This document shows positions 63,690 to 64,000 of a stretch of DNA of 64,000 nt, piece after piece. Position 1 is the stretch's first letter. Each line of letters opens with the position of its first letter. Made by a program: the position numbers and the translations under genes. The DNA lies in the IMG/VR virus record IMGVR_UViG_3300005356_000004, one strand, 5' to 3'. Below the pieces are notes generated by a model. That model did not search any database, was not told the origin of the DNA, and saw only the letters and a list, made by a program, of their open reading frames with translations. The DNA is from an uncultured virus (IMG/VR IMGVR_UViG_3300005356_000004). Its lineage: Duplodnaviria; Heunggongvirae; Uroviricota; Caudoviricetes.

Positions 63690-64000
63690 ATGCCGCTCCC
63701 CACCGTGCTCGAACTGAAGCACTTCTACGACGCCCGCCAGCAGATCGAGCAGCACCTACTCGACCCAACGCTGATCAGTGACATCGCCGCTGCGTACAAC
63801 GACCGCCATGCTCGGACCCACCTCGCCCTGTACGGGAAGCCCGCCAACCTCTCCGAAAGGTTCCCGAAGACCCGCGGCAGGAACGACTTCTGCGAGCCCG
63901 AGGTGGTCATCAGCGGGGACGGCGTCTACTGGAGCGTCGAGGACTACGAGCGTGACTCGTGGGAGATGTGGGTCGGCTACGAGGAGTGGCCGTTCGATCC
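63690..64000 (+). CDS. hypothetical protein (runs off the window end)
   Basis: MPLPTVLELKHFYDARQQIEQHLL... is open to the edge. Confidence 0.6.
   Translation, partial: MPLPTVLELKHFYDARQQIEQHLLDPTLISDIAAAYNDRHARTHLALYGKPANLSERFPKTRGRNDFCEPEVVISGDGVYWSVEDYERDSWEMWVGYEEWPFD

Noticed and set aside
1..64000. tRNA/tmRNA genes, integrase/att site, alternative genetic code
   Set aside because: No cloverleaf or T-loop context found by eye in the short gaps; no recombinase motifs; genes are full length under code 11. A tRNAscan/Infernal run would be needed to exclude RNAs firmly.

Overview
The whole window is part of a tailed-phage genome: a contractile-tailed (myovirus-type) phage of high GC (about 65% by eye), most likely infecting Actinomycetota (WhiB gene, leaderless sigma70/HrdB-type promoters). 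Its organisation resembles cluster-C/Bxz1-type actinophages. Nearly all genes from 1 to 57.9 kb are on the minus strand. From left to right: a replication module (family A DNA polymerase, gp32-like SSB, SNF2 helicase, primase, DnaB-like helicase, degenerate DnaC-like loader, HTH initiator-like protein); tail fibres and baseplate; tape measure with peptidoglycan hydrolase domains; tail tube and sheath; neck and fibre genes; N4-gp56-type major capsid, scaffold, portal and terminase; then small accessory genes. A plus-strand block of small genes runs from 57.9 kb to the end. I saw no tRNA, CRISPR array, integrase or reverse transcriptase. The most notable observations are: (1) a 12-bp tandem motif YTGACAYTGACR dispersed 13 times in both orientations; (2) a candidate cis-antisense sRNA covering the ribosome-binding site of the initiator-like gene; (3) four dispersed enzyme-like proteins sharing an N-terminal 'QF' tag, a possible capsid-loading signal; (4) a (CACCAGA)4 leader on the gp32-like SSB; (5) a fibre with three orphan LamG N-terminal segments next to a gene encoding a LamG body that lacks that segment; (6) a 44-aa signal-peptide micro-ORF; (7) a 15-bp palindromic operator inside promoter spacers. 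All functional calls come from motif recognition by eye, with no database searches.
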